DNA of 32,000 nucleotides from Trichodesmium erythraeum IMS101 (GCF_000014265.1 NC_008312.1:7530001-7562000); one strand, 5' to 3'; counted from the first letter of the stretch, positions 20,127 through 28,924 are shown. Numbers and translations: made by a program. Notes: generated by a model from the letters alone, not told the origin.

Positions 20127-21692
20127 GTGAGTTATAAGTTAATCTCTAGTTCCTATCCACAATTAATGACAAAAATCCAAGCTTCTCAAATTGAATATGT
20201 CGATGTAGTTATCATCGGTGGTGGAATTGCTGGAATTTCTATTGCCGAATTTCTGGCTCGTCATAGTCGTCTTTCCATCAAGGTATTAGATAGTGCCCCA
20301 CAATTAGGAACATTTGCTTCGGGTAAATTAGAAGGTTGGTTTCATACTGGGGCACTTTATTCAGGACATGATGATGCTCAAACTTTTATTAATTGTGTGA
20401 ATAGTCTAGAAGATTTAATCAATTTATATAGTTCCTATTTTTCAGAACAATGTAATATTGATATCACAGAAACAAAACCTAATTTTTTTACTCCCGCAGT
20501 TATCCCTAATTCTAAGGGTTGGTTTTATGATAGACCTGTATATTTAATTCATCCTAACAAAAATTCTCCGGAAATTAGTCTCTCTGGTCTCAAAAGCGAC
20601 TCAGTATATTTAGAAATTCAGCGTAACCGAGTTTTAGGAAGATTAGAAAATGCTTATGGTCAACAACATAATTGGCTTCAAAATGGCTGTTGTTTAGCAC
20701 CAATTTATGGTCAAATTGAAGGTTATGAAGGATTAAATTGTTCTTTGCGCTCTTCAACAGAAAGTATAGATAATCTTTGTCGTAGGTTTGATCATTATTA
20801 TGGTCTAAAAAAGTCTAATTATGAAGTTATTAAAACTTTGGATTGTTCCATGAATACTACTGGGATAATGACAACTTTAGTGGCTAGTGCTATGGAGCGA
20901 GGGGTGACATTTGAGACCGGGGTTACTGTTGATAAATTGCTCATAGATAGCTATGGTAAAGTTAAAATTAAAAGTATTTTATGCCACAGAGAAAATGGTT
21001 TTTCTAAACGTTTAAAAGCAAAATTATTTGTTTTTACTGTGGGAAAGGGTTTTGAATCGTTTTTATCTGATTTACAAATACGGGCAAAGCTTAAACGTAG
21101 TCGTAGTGCTATGGTGGTAGCTCAACCTGCTTTAAGTGATACTAATTTTGTGCGGATGTCTACTAAGAAAAAGTTTCATTTTAATCATTTTGTGCATAAT
21201 TGTGAGATAGGGGCGGAAAAGTTTGTTTATTCTCTTTTAGCTGATTCAAGTTATACTAATGATGACCTGATAAATGAAGAATTTGAAGTAGATATTGAGC
21301 CAATTTTGGATTCTGCAGAACAATATTTTGGTAAAGATCAACTTTACAGTCGAAATCTCTTTAGTTATGAGTGTGTCAAAACAGAGTTTATTAGTCAGGA
21401 AGAACAAAAACGGCGTTATAGTTATTGGATAGAGTCAAATCCTAATAGTAATTATTTGTGTGTTTTGCCCGGGAAATTTTCTTTTTTTCCCACTGTGGCA
21501 TTTCAATCTTATCGACGTATTAAAACTCTAATTAATTTTGAGGAATTTGTGGAGAAGTCAACTTTTGTTCCAGATGTTAAAGTTATGGAGGAGGCAAATA
21601 AGTTAATTGCTGATTATTATCCAATGAAAGTTATTGTTGAAGCTCAAAATTGTACGGCAATAAATAATAATCTGAATTTGTCGAATTTGTAG
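20127..21692 (+). CDS. FAD-dependent oxidoreductase (DAO/GlpD-like superfamily)
   Basis: 521-aa ORF with the N-terminal dinucleotide-binding motif DVVIIGGGIAGISIAEFLA and ASGKLEGWFHTGALYS, which resembles the GlpD-type SxxSSKLIHGGLRY segment. The ORF-track start is GTG, and ATG 20166 (MTKIQ) is an alternative. Confidence 0.7.
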   Translation: MSYKLISSSYPQLMTKIQASQIEYVDVVIIGGGIAGISIAEFLARHSRLSIKVLDSAPQLGTFASGKLEGWFHTGALYSGHDDAQTFINCVNSLEDLINLYSSYFSEQCNIDITETKPNFFTPAVIPNSKGWFYDRPVYLIHPNKNSPEISLSGLKSDSVYLEIQRNRVLGRLENAYGQQHNWLQNGCCLAPIYGQIEGYEGLNCSLRSSTESIDNLCRRFDHYYGLKKSNYEVIKTLDCSMNTTGIMTTLVASAMERGVTFETGVTVDKLLIDSYGKVKIKSILCHRENGFSKRLKAKLFVFTVGKGFESFLSDLQIRAKLKRSRSAMVVAQPALSDTNFVRMSTKKKFHFNHFVHNCEIGAEKFVYSLLADSSYTNDDLINEEFEVDIEPILDSAEQYFGKDQLYSRNLFSYECVKTEFISQEEQKRRYSYWIESNPNSNYLCVLPGKFSFFPTVAFQSYRRIKTLINFEEFVEKSTFVPDVKVMEEANKLIADYYPMKVIVEAQNCTAINNNLNLSNL

Positions 21693-21992
21693 GTTGGGTA
21701 AAATGAATTCGGTTTGTTTGGCTCAACGAGCTCATAAGTAAGTTGGCCCGTCCTAAAAACTAGGGATAACTAAGGGCAATTATGTAGGTTAGATTCCTGC
21801 CCTCCGGGATGAGTCATTGACTTAATTTTATAAAGTATGAAATAAATCTTAATATTTTTGATGTTTAATGCTTATTATTGTATTTTCCTGATGAAGTTAA
21901 AATTTTTTACTACTTGTTCTGATTCAGAAAAGTTCAAGTTGAAGAAGTTTAATAGAGTAGGCTAATTTTTTTATCAATACCGATTAACATCT

Positions 21993-23351
21993 ATGAACAA
22001 AGCTATTACCATTTCTACTAGTATTTCTACTACTTACATGGTAGAAGGGAAAATTATAGACAAAAAGACGAAAAAGGGAGTTGTCGATCTCCGTGTATTC
22101 GTTTATGACAAAGATCCAGGATTGGATGATTTCCTGGGAATTGCTGTCACTGACAAAGAGGGTGTATTCAAGCTTAGTTTTGATGCCTCTCAATTTAGAT
22201 TCTTTAAAGTATTGGATAGAAATCCGGATTTGTATTTTATTGTTAAGGATGCAGGACATGAATTGCTGAATACAGAGAATAATGTTATTAAGAATGCTTC
22301 TGAAAGCACTCCGGCTATCAATCTAGAAGTGGATTTGTCTGGGGATCTATTGCGCGAAGAAGTCAAAGAAGTTGCCGTGGATGGATGGGTTGGAGGATTT
22401 GAGCAATCTAACCCAGCTTTTGCTTATCCAAGTCCTGATCTTAGTTCTTTGCCTATTCTAGATAACATGGACAACATTGGAAAACTTGAGCGCGGGCAAA
22501 AAATTCTTTGGCCTGAGTTTAGTTGGAAAACTGAACCAGATCAAGAGGATGGAAAACGTTGTTATCGGATGTTTGCTCCTGATATTTCTAGATTAGGATA
22601 TACCAATGATGGAAGAATTTATTCTATTATATGCCCACAACAAGGATATTCTTCTCCTACACTTGGCTCTTTTAATGTTGAGGTGACCGTGACTGGAAAT
22701 AGAGGATGGGTTAATGAGGAGACTAGGGAGTTGGCTGCAGACATGGGGGTTGTTGGGAAAATTTGGTTTGGTCCAAGTGGTAAAGATAATAGTTTTGTAC
22801 AAAGATTAAAAGGTTATTTTGAACGCAAGAACTTGAGTTTCCCACTCAACAAAGATAATGCGATTCAAGTAAAAACACATGTACCTAATGATCCCGGTCA
22901 ACCAACATTCAAAATTGCTCAAGGATCAAGTACCAGATTCCCAATTCCTGAATTTGCCAAACACGAAGGGATAGCATGGGCTTTGGGTCATATTGAAGTG
23001 CAAATTGGAGAGCTCATAGAAACTGGCCAGGAAGAAGTTGACCGATTTAATCGGTTCATCTTGGATATCTTCAATTTAGCATCTGGAAATATGCTTAAAA
23101 ATGGTAATATCCTTACCTGGAATCTGTGGTTTAATGCGCCTGAATTAGTGGATGTTGATGAATGGCAAGGACATGCAGAGTTGTGGCGTAAATCTCTCCA
23201 AGCTGACCATGGTAAGACCCCGGAAGGACCTGGTACTGTCTCTAAATATTATGATGGCACCGAATTCCACCCTATAAAAGAACTATTGCTAGAAGAGCTA
23301 CCTAAAGTAAAAGCTTTCATTGCGGAATACATAGAAGGTGCTACAAGTTAA
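21993..23351 (+). CDS. Hypothetical protein with N-terminal transthyretin-like / carboxypeptidase-regulatory-like beta-sandwich domain
   Basis: 452-aa ORF. Residues about 17-85 (VEGKIIDKKTKKGVVDLRVFVYDKDPGLDDFLGIAVTDKEGVFKLSF) fit the transthyretin-like pattern. I recognise no family in the remaining roughly 360 aa. Confidence 0.6.
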   Translation: MNKAITISTSISTTYMVEGKIIDKKTKKGVVDLRVFVYDKDPGLDDFLGIAVTDKEGVFKLSFDASQFRFFKVLDRNPDLYFIVKDAGHELLNTENNVIKNASESTPAINLEVDLSGDLLREEVKEVAVDGWVGGFEQSNPAFAYPSPDLSSLPILDNMDNIGKLERGQKILWPEFSWKTEPDQEDGKRCYRMFAPDISRLGYTNDGRIYSIICPQQGYSSPTLGSFNVEVTVTGNRGWVNEETRELAADMGVVGKIWFGPSGKDNSFVQRLKGYFERKNLSFPLNKDNAIQVKTHVPNDPGQPTFKIAQGSSTRFPIPEFAKHEGIAWALGHIEVQIGELIETGQEEVDRFNRFILDIFNLASGNMLKNGNILTWNLWFNAPELVDVDEWQGHAELWRKSLQADHGKTPEGPGTVSKYYDGTEFHPIKELLLEELPKVKAFIAEYIEGATS

Positions 23352-23370
23352 TAGGTTCACTTACTAAATA

Positions 23371-23417
23371 AGACAAAGAAGTCTTGATCTGCATGGCTAA
23401 TTAAGACTTCTTTGTCT
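23371..23417. terminator. Bidirectional hairpin terminator between convergent genes
   Basis: Perfect 15-bp inverted repeat AGACAAAGAAGTCTT (23371..23385) / AAGACTTCTTTGTCT (23403..23417) with a 17-nt loop. It lies between the stops at 23351 (+) and 23468 (-). Confidence 0.7.
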
Positions 23418-23427
23418 AAACTTACGA

Positions 23428-23464
23428 CTAAAACCTAAAACCTAAAACCTAAGACCTAACACAC
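23428..23464. repeat. Heptamer tandem array CCTAA(A/G/C)A, about 5 units (STRR-like)
   Basis: CTAAAACCTAAAACCTAAAACCTAAGACCTAACACAC ends 4 nt before the stop codon of the first TPR-CHAT gene. Confidence 0.9.
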
Positions 23465-23467
23465 TGA

Positions 23468-26400
23468 CTAACTCAACCCTGCACAAATAAACCCACTCCA
23501 ATACGCTGGATGCTCAAAGGGGTGTTGTTTTTTACAAGCTGCTTTCAGGTACTTATTCTTAGTATTAAAAATACGCTCATAAATAGCTACAAGTTTTTCC
23601 CGCTCCTCCTCTAACTCCTGATATTCCACGGAACTTTTGGTATAACTATCACGTCTGGGTTCTATTTCCTGAAGTTGCTTAGATGTGACTTCTAACTTCT
23701 CCCCTAATGCTTTTTCTAATTCCTTTTTATATTTCTTCTTGAGTTCTTTGCCTGTTAGTTCTCGTAACTGTCGTTGTCCTAGTTGCAATGCCAGAGAACG
23801 ATTTTTTCCTTCTTGGCGCAGTTGGTGATAAAAAATCGAAAATAAACATGTTCCTAAGTCATCTACAGACCACAAACTGCTGATCACACCCCTGGCACCT
23901 GCACATAAAAATCCTGTGTTTAATGTTAATACGTCATCGGAGATTTGCACTTGACCTAAGTTGGTCTCACAATAGTCGATGAATACTTCGTCTAGATCTG
24001 GGAAACGGAAGGCAGGAGATAATAGTTGCCCTAAGGTAAGTCTGCCGTCCGCTAAGACTAATGCTGATTCCATACAGTTGTCTAGGCGAGATTCGCTGTG
24101 ATGGGTTGACAATAACCGTTGTACCTGAGATAATAATAGTATGTAACTGTCTATAGTTGCGGCTTCACCTCGCAGGCGTTGGTGTTCTGGGACTCCATAC
24201 ATTTGGGCTATATATTGCGCTTCATAACTGGAACAAGGTAGGTCGTTGTGAGTGTCTTCTACAATGCCTTGTTTGACTTCCCCTTGAATTTCTTCCCGTT
24301 GGGTACAAAAGTCTAGAATTTGGCAACTGGCCAGGGTGCGGATACGGAAACGGTCACCTAGATATTTGTTTTCTCCTGACTCTGCTACTGGCATTGCGTT
24401 CCAAGGGAGAAAGTGCAAGGATAAATGGGGAATTAATATCAATTCTTCAATGTCTTGAAGATAAGATTTGCATAATTCCTCTAATTTTAACTTCTTACTT
24501 ACATCCTGTAAAAATTCAGGCATCTGTTGTTGCCATTCTTCCGGGGATGAGAGGTAAGACTCAAACCATTTTTCCCAAATCCAGTTTTGCAGTTCTTTCT
24601 CCCCCAACCCGCTGTAAATATGAATTTTAACCCCATCTTGTCGCAATACAAATAAATAGGTATTGTCGGTGATAATATAAAAGCTCAAGATGGCTGTGAT
24701 GGGCTCCTGGATTAATGCTTGGATTTTTGGAAATTCCAGTGGGGCAACTTGAATGCCCTCTGCTAATACTCGGTCGAAGCTGCGGATTTTTTTATAGACT
24801 TCCTGCTTTTGAGTCTCTAATTGGGTAATGCGTTTGTTTCTGGTTTCTGTGGCAACTCGCCCCCTAGTTGCTACCGCTAAATATTTCGGCTCTATTCGAC
24901 GTTTTCCTTGTTGTTGTTGTTCCCAAAATTGATGAATTTGCTGTTGAATAGCTTCGTGTTCTTTTAAGGGTTCTTCAACTTCTCCTGGTATTTTACTTTG
25001 GGAGTAGCGATCGTTACTTGCCATTATATCTACTAGCCGTTTGGAGCGAGAATGCTCTACATATTCTAAGGCTTTTTCTATTTGCTCGCTATTCACGTAA
25101 GCTTGTACTATCTTGCGGTAGACATCTATAGACTCTTCGATAATTTCTTGGCGGCGATCATTTTCTTTTGACCAACTCCGGCTGAGTTCCACTGCGGTTA
25201 TGGCTTTTTTATAGTTGTCGGCGGCGAGTTGCCAGTTTTGGTTGTCGAAATATAGGTTGCCTAGGTTGCGGGTGGTTTGGAGGTGGTCGATAGGATATAC
25301 TTCTAGGGTGCGCACTTGCAAAGCTTGTTGGTATGCGACAATGGCGGCTTCAATATTTTGGGCTTGGTCTCCCTTTATTCTCTGACTGTAGGCAGAGCCG
25401 AGATTATTTTGAGTCGTTGCCCAGTCTATGGGGAAGTCTGTTTGGGTGTACACCAGCAAAGCTTGTTGGTATGCGACAATGGCGGCTTCAATATTTTGGG
25501 CTTGGTCTCCCTTTATTCTCTGACTGTAGGCAGAGCCGAGATTATTTTGAGTCGTTGCCCAGTCTATGGGGAAGTCTGTTTGGGTGTACACCAGCAAAGC
25601 TTGTTGGTATGCGGCAATGGCGGCTTCAATATTTTGGGCTTGGTCTCCCCTTTTTCTCTGACTGTAGGCAGAGCCGAGATTATTTTGAGTTGCTGCCCAG
25701 TCTATGGGGAAGTCTGTTTGGGTGTACACCAGCAAAGCTTGTTGGTATGCGACAATGGCGGCTTCAATATTTTGGGCTTGGTCTCCCTTTATTCTGTCAC
25801 TGTAGGCAGAGCCGAGATTATTTTGAGTTGCTGCCCAGTCGATGGGGAAGTCTGTTTGGGTGTACACCAGCAAAGCTTGTTGGTATGCGGCAATGGCGGC
25901 TTCAATATTTTGGGCTTGGTCTCCCCTTATTCTGTTACTGCAGGCATAGCCAAAATTATTTAGAGTTGCTACCCATTTCATGGGGAAGTCACTTTGGGTG
26001 CGCACCAGCAAGGCTTTTTGGAATGCAGCAATGGCGGCTTCAATATTTTCGGCTTGGTCTCCCATTACTCTCTGAGCGTAGGCAGAGCCGAGATTATTTT
26101 GAGTTGCTGCCCATTTCATCGGGAAGTCAGTTTGGGTGCGCACCAGCAAGGCTTTTTGGAATGCAGCAATGGCAGCTTCCATATTTTGGGCTTTATCTCC
26201 CCTTATTCTCTGAGTGTAGGCAGAGCCGAGATTATTTTGAGTTTGTGCCCATTCCATGGGAAAGTCTGTTTGGGTGTGCACCTGCAAAGCTTGTTTGTAT
26301 GCAGCAATGGCGGCTTCAATATTTTGGGCTTGGTCTCCCATTATTCTGTCTTTGTGGGCAACGCCGATATTTTGTTGAGTTGCTGCCCATTCTATGGGAA

Positions 26401-28333
26401 AGTCTGTTTGGGTGTGTACCTGCAAAGCTTGTTTGTATGCAGTAATGGCGGCTTCAATATTTTGGGCTTGGTCTCCCATTATTCTGTCTTTGTAGGCAAC
26501 GCCGATATTTTGTTGAGTTGCTGCCCATTCTATGGGAAAGTCAGTTTGGGTGTGTACCAGCAAAGCTTGTTCGTATGCAGCAATGGCGGCTTCAATATTT
26601 TGGGTTTTGTCTCCCCTTCTTCTGTTTCTGTAAGCAATGCCGAGATTATTTTGAGTTTGTGCCCATTCCATGGGAAAGTCTGTTTGGGTGTGTACCAGCA
26701 AGGCTTGTTCGTATGCAGCAATAGCCACTTCAATATTTTGGGCTTTGTCTCCCCTTATTCTGTTTCTGTAGGCAATGCCGAGATTATTTTGAGTTGTTGC
26801 CCAGTGGAGGGGAAAGTCAGTTTGGGTGTGTACCAGCAAAGCTTGTTCGTATGCAGCAATAGCCACTTCAATATTTTGGGCTTTGTCTCCCCTTCTTCTT
26901 TTACTGTAGGCAACGCCGAGATTATTTTGAGTTTCTGCCCAGTCCATGGGGAAGTCTGTTTGGGTCCGCACCTGCAAAGCTTGTTCGTAGGCAGCAATGG
27001 CAGTTTCAATATTTTCGGCTTGGTCTCCTCTTTTTCTCTGAGTGTAGCCAATACCGAGATTATTTTGAGTCATTGCCCAGTCCATGGGGAAGTCTGTTTG
27101 GGTCCGCACCAGCAAAGCTTGTTGGAATGCACCAATAGCCGCTTCAATATTTTCGGCTTGGTCTCCCCTTTTTCTCTGAGTATAGGCATAGCCAAGATTA
27201 TTTTGAGTCATTGCCCAGTCAATGGGGAAGTCAGTTTGGGTATATACCAGCAAAGCTTGTTGGAATGCACCAATAGCCGCTTCAATATTTTCGGCTTTGT
27301 CTCCCTTTCTTCTCTGAGTGTAGGCATTGCCGAGATTATTTTGAGTTGTTGCCCAGTCCATGGGGAAGTCTGTTTGGCTGTACACCTGCAAAGCTTTTTG
27401 GAATGCACCAATAGCCGCTTCAATATTTTCGGGTTTCTTTCCCCTTATTCTGTTTCTGTAGGCAATGCCGAGATTATTTTGAGTCATTGCCCAGTCCATG
27501 GGGAAGTCTGTTTGGGTCCGCACCAGCAAAGCTTGTTGGAATGCACCAACGGCCGCTTCAATATTTTGAGCTTTGTTTCCCTTTCTTCTCTGAGTGTAGG
27601 CAATGCCGAGATTATTTTGAGTCATTGCCCAGTCCATGGGGAAGTCTGTTTGGGTCCGCACCAGCAAAGCTTGTTCGTATGCAGCAATAGCGACTTCAAT
27701 ATTTTCGGCTTGGTCTCCCCTTATTCTCTGAGTGTAGTCAATACCGAGATTATTTTGAATAGCCGCCCAACTTTTCCGGTGACTCTTATATGTCAAAACT
27801 TTTAGCACTACTTCACAACCGGCAATACTAATTTCCATATTGTTGGCTTTGCTGCCCAGAGGAAATTGCCAGATCAGGTTACTGAACTCACCAATATCTA
27901 TAGCAATGTCTTTTGCTAGATCCGCCTCCACTTCAGAAAATTTAGCAGTTGCCCAGTTTTGCAATATCTCAGCAAAGTGATCATCAAGTTTATCTAAGTT
28001 TTGCTGTAGGAGTGGGTAGACAACTTTCGAGTCACCATTACTTTCTGCAGTTGCCTGCAATACTTCCATCAAAAAGTCTAAATATTCTGCCGATGAGTAA
28101 TGAGTTGAGGGAGAATATTCTGAAGTTTCTAGTATTTCTGCAAGCTGACTCCTGAGATGGCGTAAAAAATTAGGAGCTGCTGCGAATTGTTGTGCACAAA
28201 GTTCCATTGTTTCGAGTAACCCTTCATCTACCAACTCTTGGTTGGCTTCGAGGATTTTTTCTACCTCACCGTTGGGGGAACTTAGCAGTTGCTGGATGAG
28301 GTTGATATATGCTTCTCTGGGTTTTTTGTCCAT
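23468..28333 (-). CDS. Giant TPR-like repeat / CHAT-domain (caspase-like clan CD peptidase) protein
   Basis: 1621 aa. It has an N-terminal module of about 185 aa (AYINLIQQLLSSPNGEVEKILEANQELVDEGL, common in cyanobacterial TPR/CHAT proteins), then 18 near-identical 46-aa helical repeats plus one degenerate repeat, a charged linker, and a C-terminal CHAT pattern (LLSTHH ... LVLADG ... EVFIDYCET ... GFLCAGARGVISSLWSVDD ... HPAYWSGFICAG). Confidence 0.9.
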   Translation of the reverse strand: MDKKPREAYINLIQQLLSSPNGEVEKILEANQELVDEGLLETMELCAQQFAAAPNFLRHLRSQLAEILETSEYSPSTHYSSAEYLDFLMEVLQATAESNGDSKVVYPLLQQNLDKLDDHFAEILQNWATAKFSEVEADLAKDIAIDIGEFSNLIWQFPLGSKANNMEISIAGCEVVLKVLTYKSHRKSWAAIQNNLGIDYTQRIRGDQAENIEVAIAAYEQALLVRTQTDFPMDWAMTQNNLGIAYTQRRKGNKAQNIEAAVGAFQQALLVRTQTDFPMDWAMTQNNLGIAYRNRIRGKKPENIEAAIGAFQKALQVYSQTDFPMDWATTQNNLGNAYTQRRKGDKAENIEAAIGAFQQALLVYTQTDFPIDWAMTQNNLGYAYTQRKRGDQAENIEAAIGAFQQALLVRTQTDFPMDWAMTQNNLGIGYTQRKRGDQAENIETAIAAYEQALQVRTQTDFPMDWAETQNNLGVAYSKRRRGDKAQNIEVAIAAYEQALLVHTQTDFPLHWATTQNNLGIAYRNRIRGDKAQNIEVAIAAYEQALLVHTQTDFPMEWAQTQNNLGIAYRNRRRGDKTQNIEAAIAAYEQALLVHTQTDFPIEWAATQQNIGVAYKDRIMGDQAQNIEAAITAYKQALQVHTQTDFPIEWAATQQNIGVAHKDRIMGDQAQNIEAAIAAYKQALQVHTQTDFPMEWAQTQNNLGSAYTQRIRGDKAQNMEAAIAAFQKALLVRTQTDFPMKWAATQNNLGSAYAQRVMGDQAENIEAAIAAFQKALLVRTQSDFPMKWVATLNNFGYACSNRIRGDQAQNIEAAIAAYQQALLVYTQTDFPIDWAATQNNLGSAYSDRIKGDQAQNIEAAIVAYQQALLVYTQTDFPIDWAATQNNLGSAYSQRKRGDQAQNIEAAIAAYQQALLVYTQTDFPIDWATTQNNLGSAYSQRIKGDQAQNIEAAIVAYQQALLVYTQTDFPIDWATTQNNLGSAYSQRIKGDQAQNIEAAIVAYQQALQVRTLEVYPIDHLQTTRNLGNLYFDNQNWQLAADNYKKAITAVELSRSWSKENDRRQEIIEESIDVYRKIVQAYVNSEQIEKALEYVEHSRSKRLVDIMASNDRYSQSKIPGEVEEPLKEHEAIQQQIHQFWEQQQQGKRRIEPKYLAVATRGRVATETRNKRITQLETQKQEVYKKIRSFDRVLAEGIQVAPLEFPKIQALIQEPITAILSFYIITDNTYLFVLRQDGVKIHIYSGLGEKELQNWIWEKWFESYLSSPEEWQQQMPEFLQDVSKKLKLEELCKSYLQDIEELILIPHLSLHFLPWNAMPVAESGENKYLGDRFRIRTLASCQILDFCTQREEIQGEVKQGIVEDTHNDLPCSSYEAQYIAQMYGVPEHQRLRGEAATIDSYILLLSQVQRLLSTHHSESRLDNCMESALVLADGRLTLGQLLSPAFRFPDLDEVFIDYCETNLGQVQISDDVLTLNTGFLCAGARGVISSLWSVDDLGTCLFSIFYHQLRQEGKNRSLALQLGQRQLRELTGKELKKKYKKELEKALGEKLEVTSKQLQEIEPRRDSYTKSSVEYQELEEEREKLVAIYERIFNTKNKYLKAACKKQHPFEHPAYWSGFICAGLS
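25311..27770 (-). repeat. Intragenic 138-bp (46-codon) tandem array, about 18 units
   Basis: CACCAGCAAAGCTTG recurs with an exact 138-nt period (e.g. 25451 and 25589). Units 25321..25458 and 25459..25596 look identical by eye. Confidence 0.95.
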
Positions 28334-28364
28334 TTTTAGTTATTAGTTGGTTGATATCTTTTCT

Positions 28365-28399
28365 TAGGTGTTAGGTATTAGGTGTTAGGTATTAGGTGT
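28365..28399. repeat. Heptamer tandem array TAGGT(G/A)T x5, the reverse complement of the CCTAACA-type unit
   Basis: TAGGTGTTAGGTATTAGGTGTTAGGTATTAGGTGT lies 32 nt upstream of the first TPR-CHAT start codon, in inverted orientation relative to the arrays at 23428 and 28974. Confidence 0.9.
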
Positions 28400-28772
28400 T
28401 AAATTTTCAGCTTTTGTGCATTTAAACCACTAATTCTTGTATACCTCAGTTCAGATAAAAAAACCTTCTCAATTCTAAATTCTCAGACTTGGCCACGGAT
28501 ATCAACATAAGAGAACAGACAAGATAAGTTGATCTCCATCTCCTGATGTCCTATTTTGAGATGGCTTGGGGGTGTTGATGGCCTTCCTAGTCCCAGCTCT
28601 CAAGATATTCCTCTTCCCAATAACAATATTTTACACAATTAAACAGCAGAAATTTGCGATCGCTTCCCAGAGTACATTCATTGTTTCCTTTAATTGTTAA
28701 ATTGATGAATTTGAGCCATGTAAAATTATTAATTATTTGTTCTAATATATTTACGGGTTAAACCGGGGATAG

Positions 28773-28790
28773 TTTGGCAATATTGCCAAA
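28773..28790. promoter_or_regulatory. 18-bp perfect palindrome TTTGGCAATATTGCCAAA, candidate protein-binding site
   Basis: Self-complementarity checked by hand. It lies in the 680-bp spacer between the two TPR-CHAT genes, about 440 nt upstream of the first gene's start. No regulator is assigned. Confidence 0.3.
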
Positions 28791-28874
28791 ATTTTTTGTT
28801 GAGAATGATAGACCTTGTTAGACTTTTGAGAATTTTGGGGAACAGAAATATTTTTTAGACAGAAAAAGAGGTTT

Positions 28875-28924
28875 GTAGTTGGGGTTTAGCCCTAATATCC
28901 TTAGAGAAACTCAAGTCCAACTAC
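28875..28924 (-). terminator. Possible terminator hairpin downstream of the second TPR-CHAT gene
   Basis: GTAGTTGG (28875..28882) pairs with CCAACTAC (28917..28924). On the minus strand the hairpin is followed by AAACCTCTTTTTCT. The loop is large, so this is weak. Confidence 0.35.

Noticed and set aside
21786-21815. tRNA-like T-arm resemblance (GGTTAGATTCC)
   Set aside because: No acceptor stem, D-arm or anticodon arm can be built around it. I found no tRNA or rRNA gene anywhere in the window.
21984-22802. ORFs 21984..22259 (-), 22081..22269 (+) and 22593..22802 (-) overlapping the 452-aa gene
   Set aside because: They are short overlaps with a much longer ORF of normal composition.
24394-24630. 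78-aa plus-strand ORF, with a near-identical 68-aa copy at 29940..30146
   Set aside because: Its apparent conservation is explained by lying antisense within the duplicated CHAT-coding segment. It has no start context or recognisable features.
25316-27805. Long plus-strand ORFs (215, 370, 603, 68, 67 aa) and short minus-strand off-frame ORFs (67, 98, 71 aa) running through the repeat array of the first TPR-CHAT gene
   Set aside because: They are antisense or out of frame to a gene with a clear domain architecture. Their products are Cys/Leu/Gly-rich periodic peptides that simply mirror the 138-bp period. Stop-free alternative frames are expected when one stop-free unit is repeated 18 times.
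27949-28155. 68-aa plus-strand ORF antisense to the N-terminal region of the first TPR-CHAT gene
   Set aside because: It is antisense to a conserved N-terminal module, with no supporting signals.
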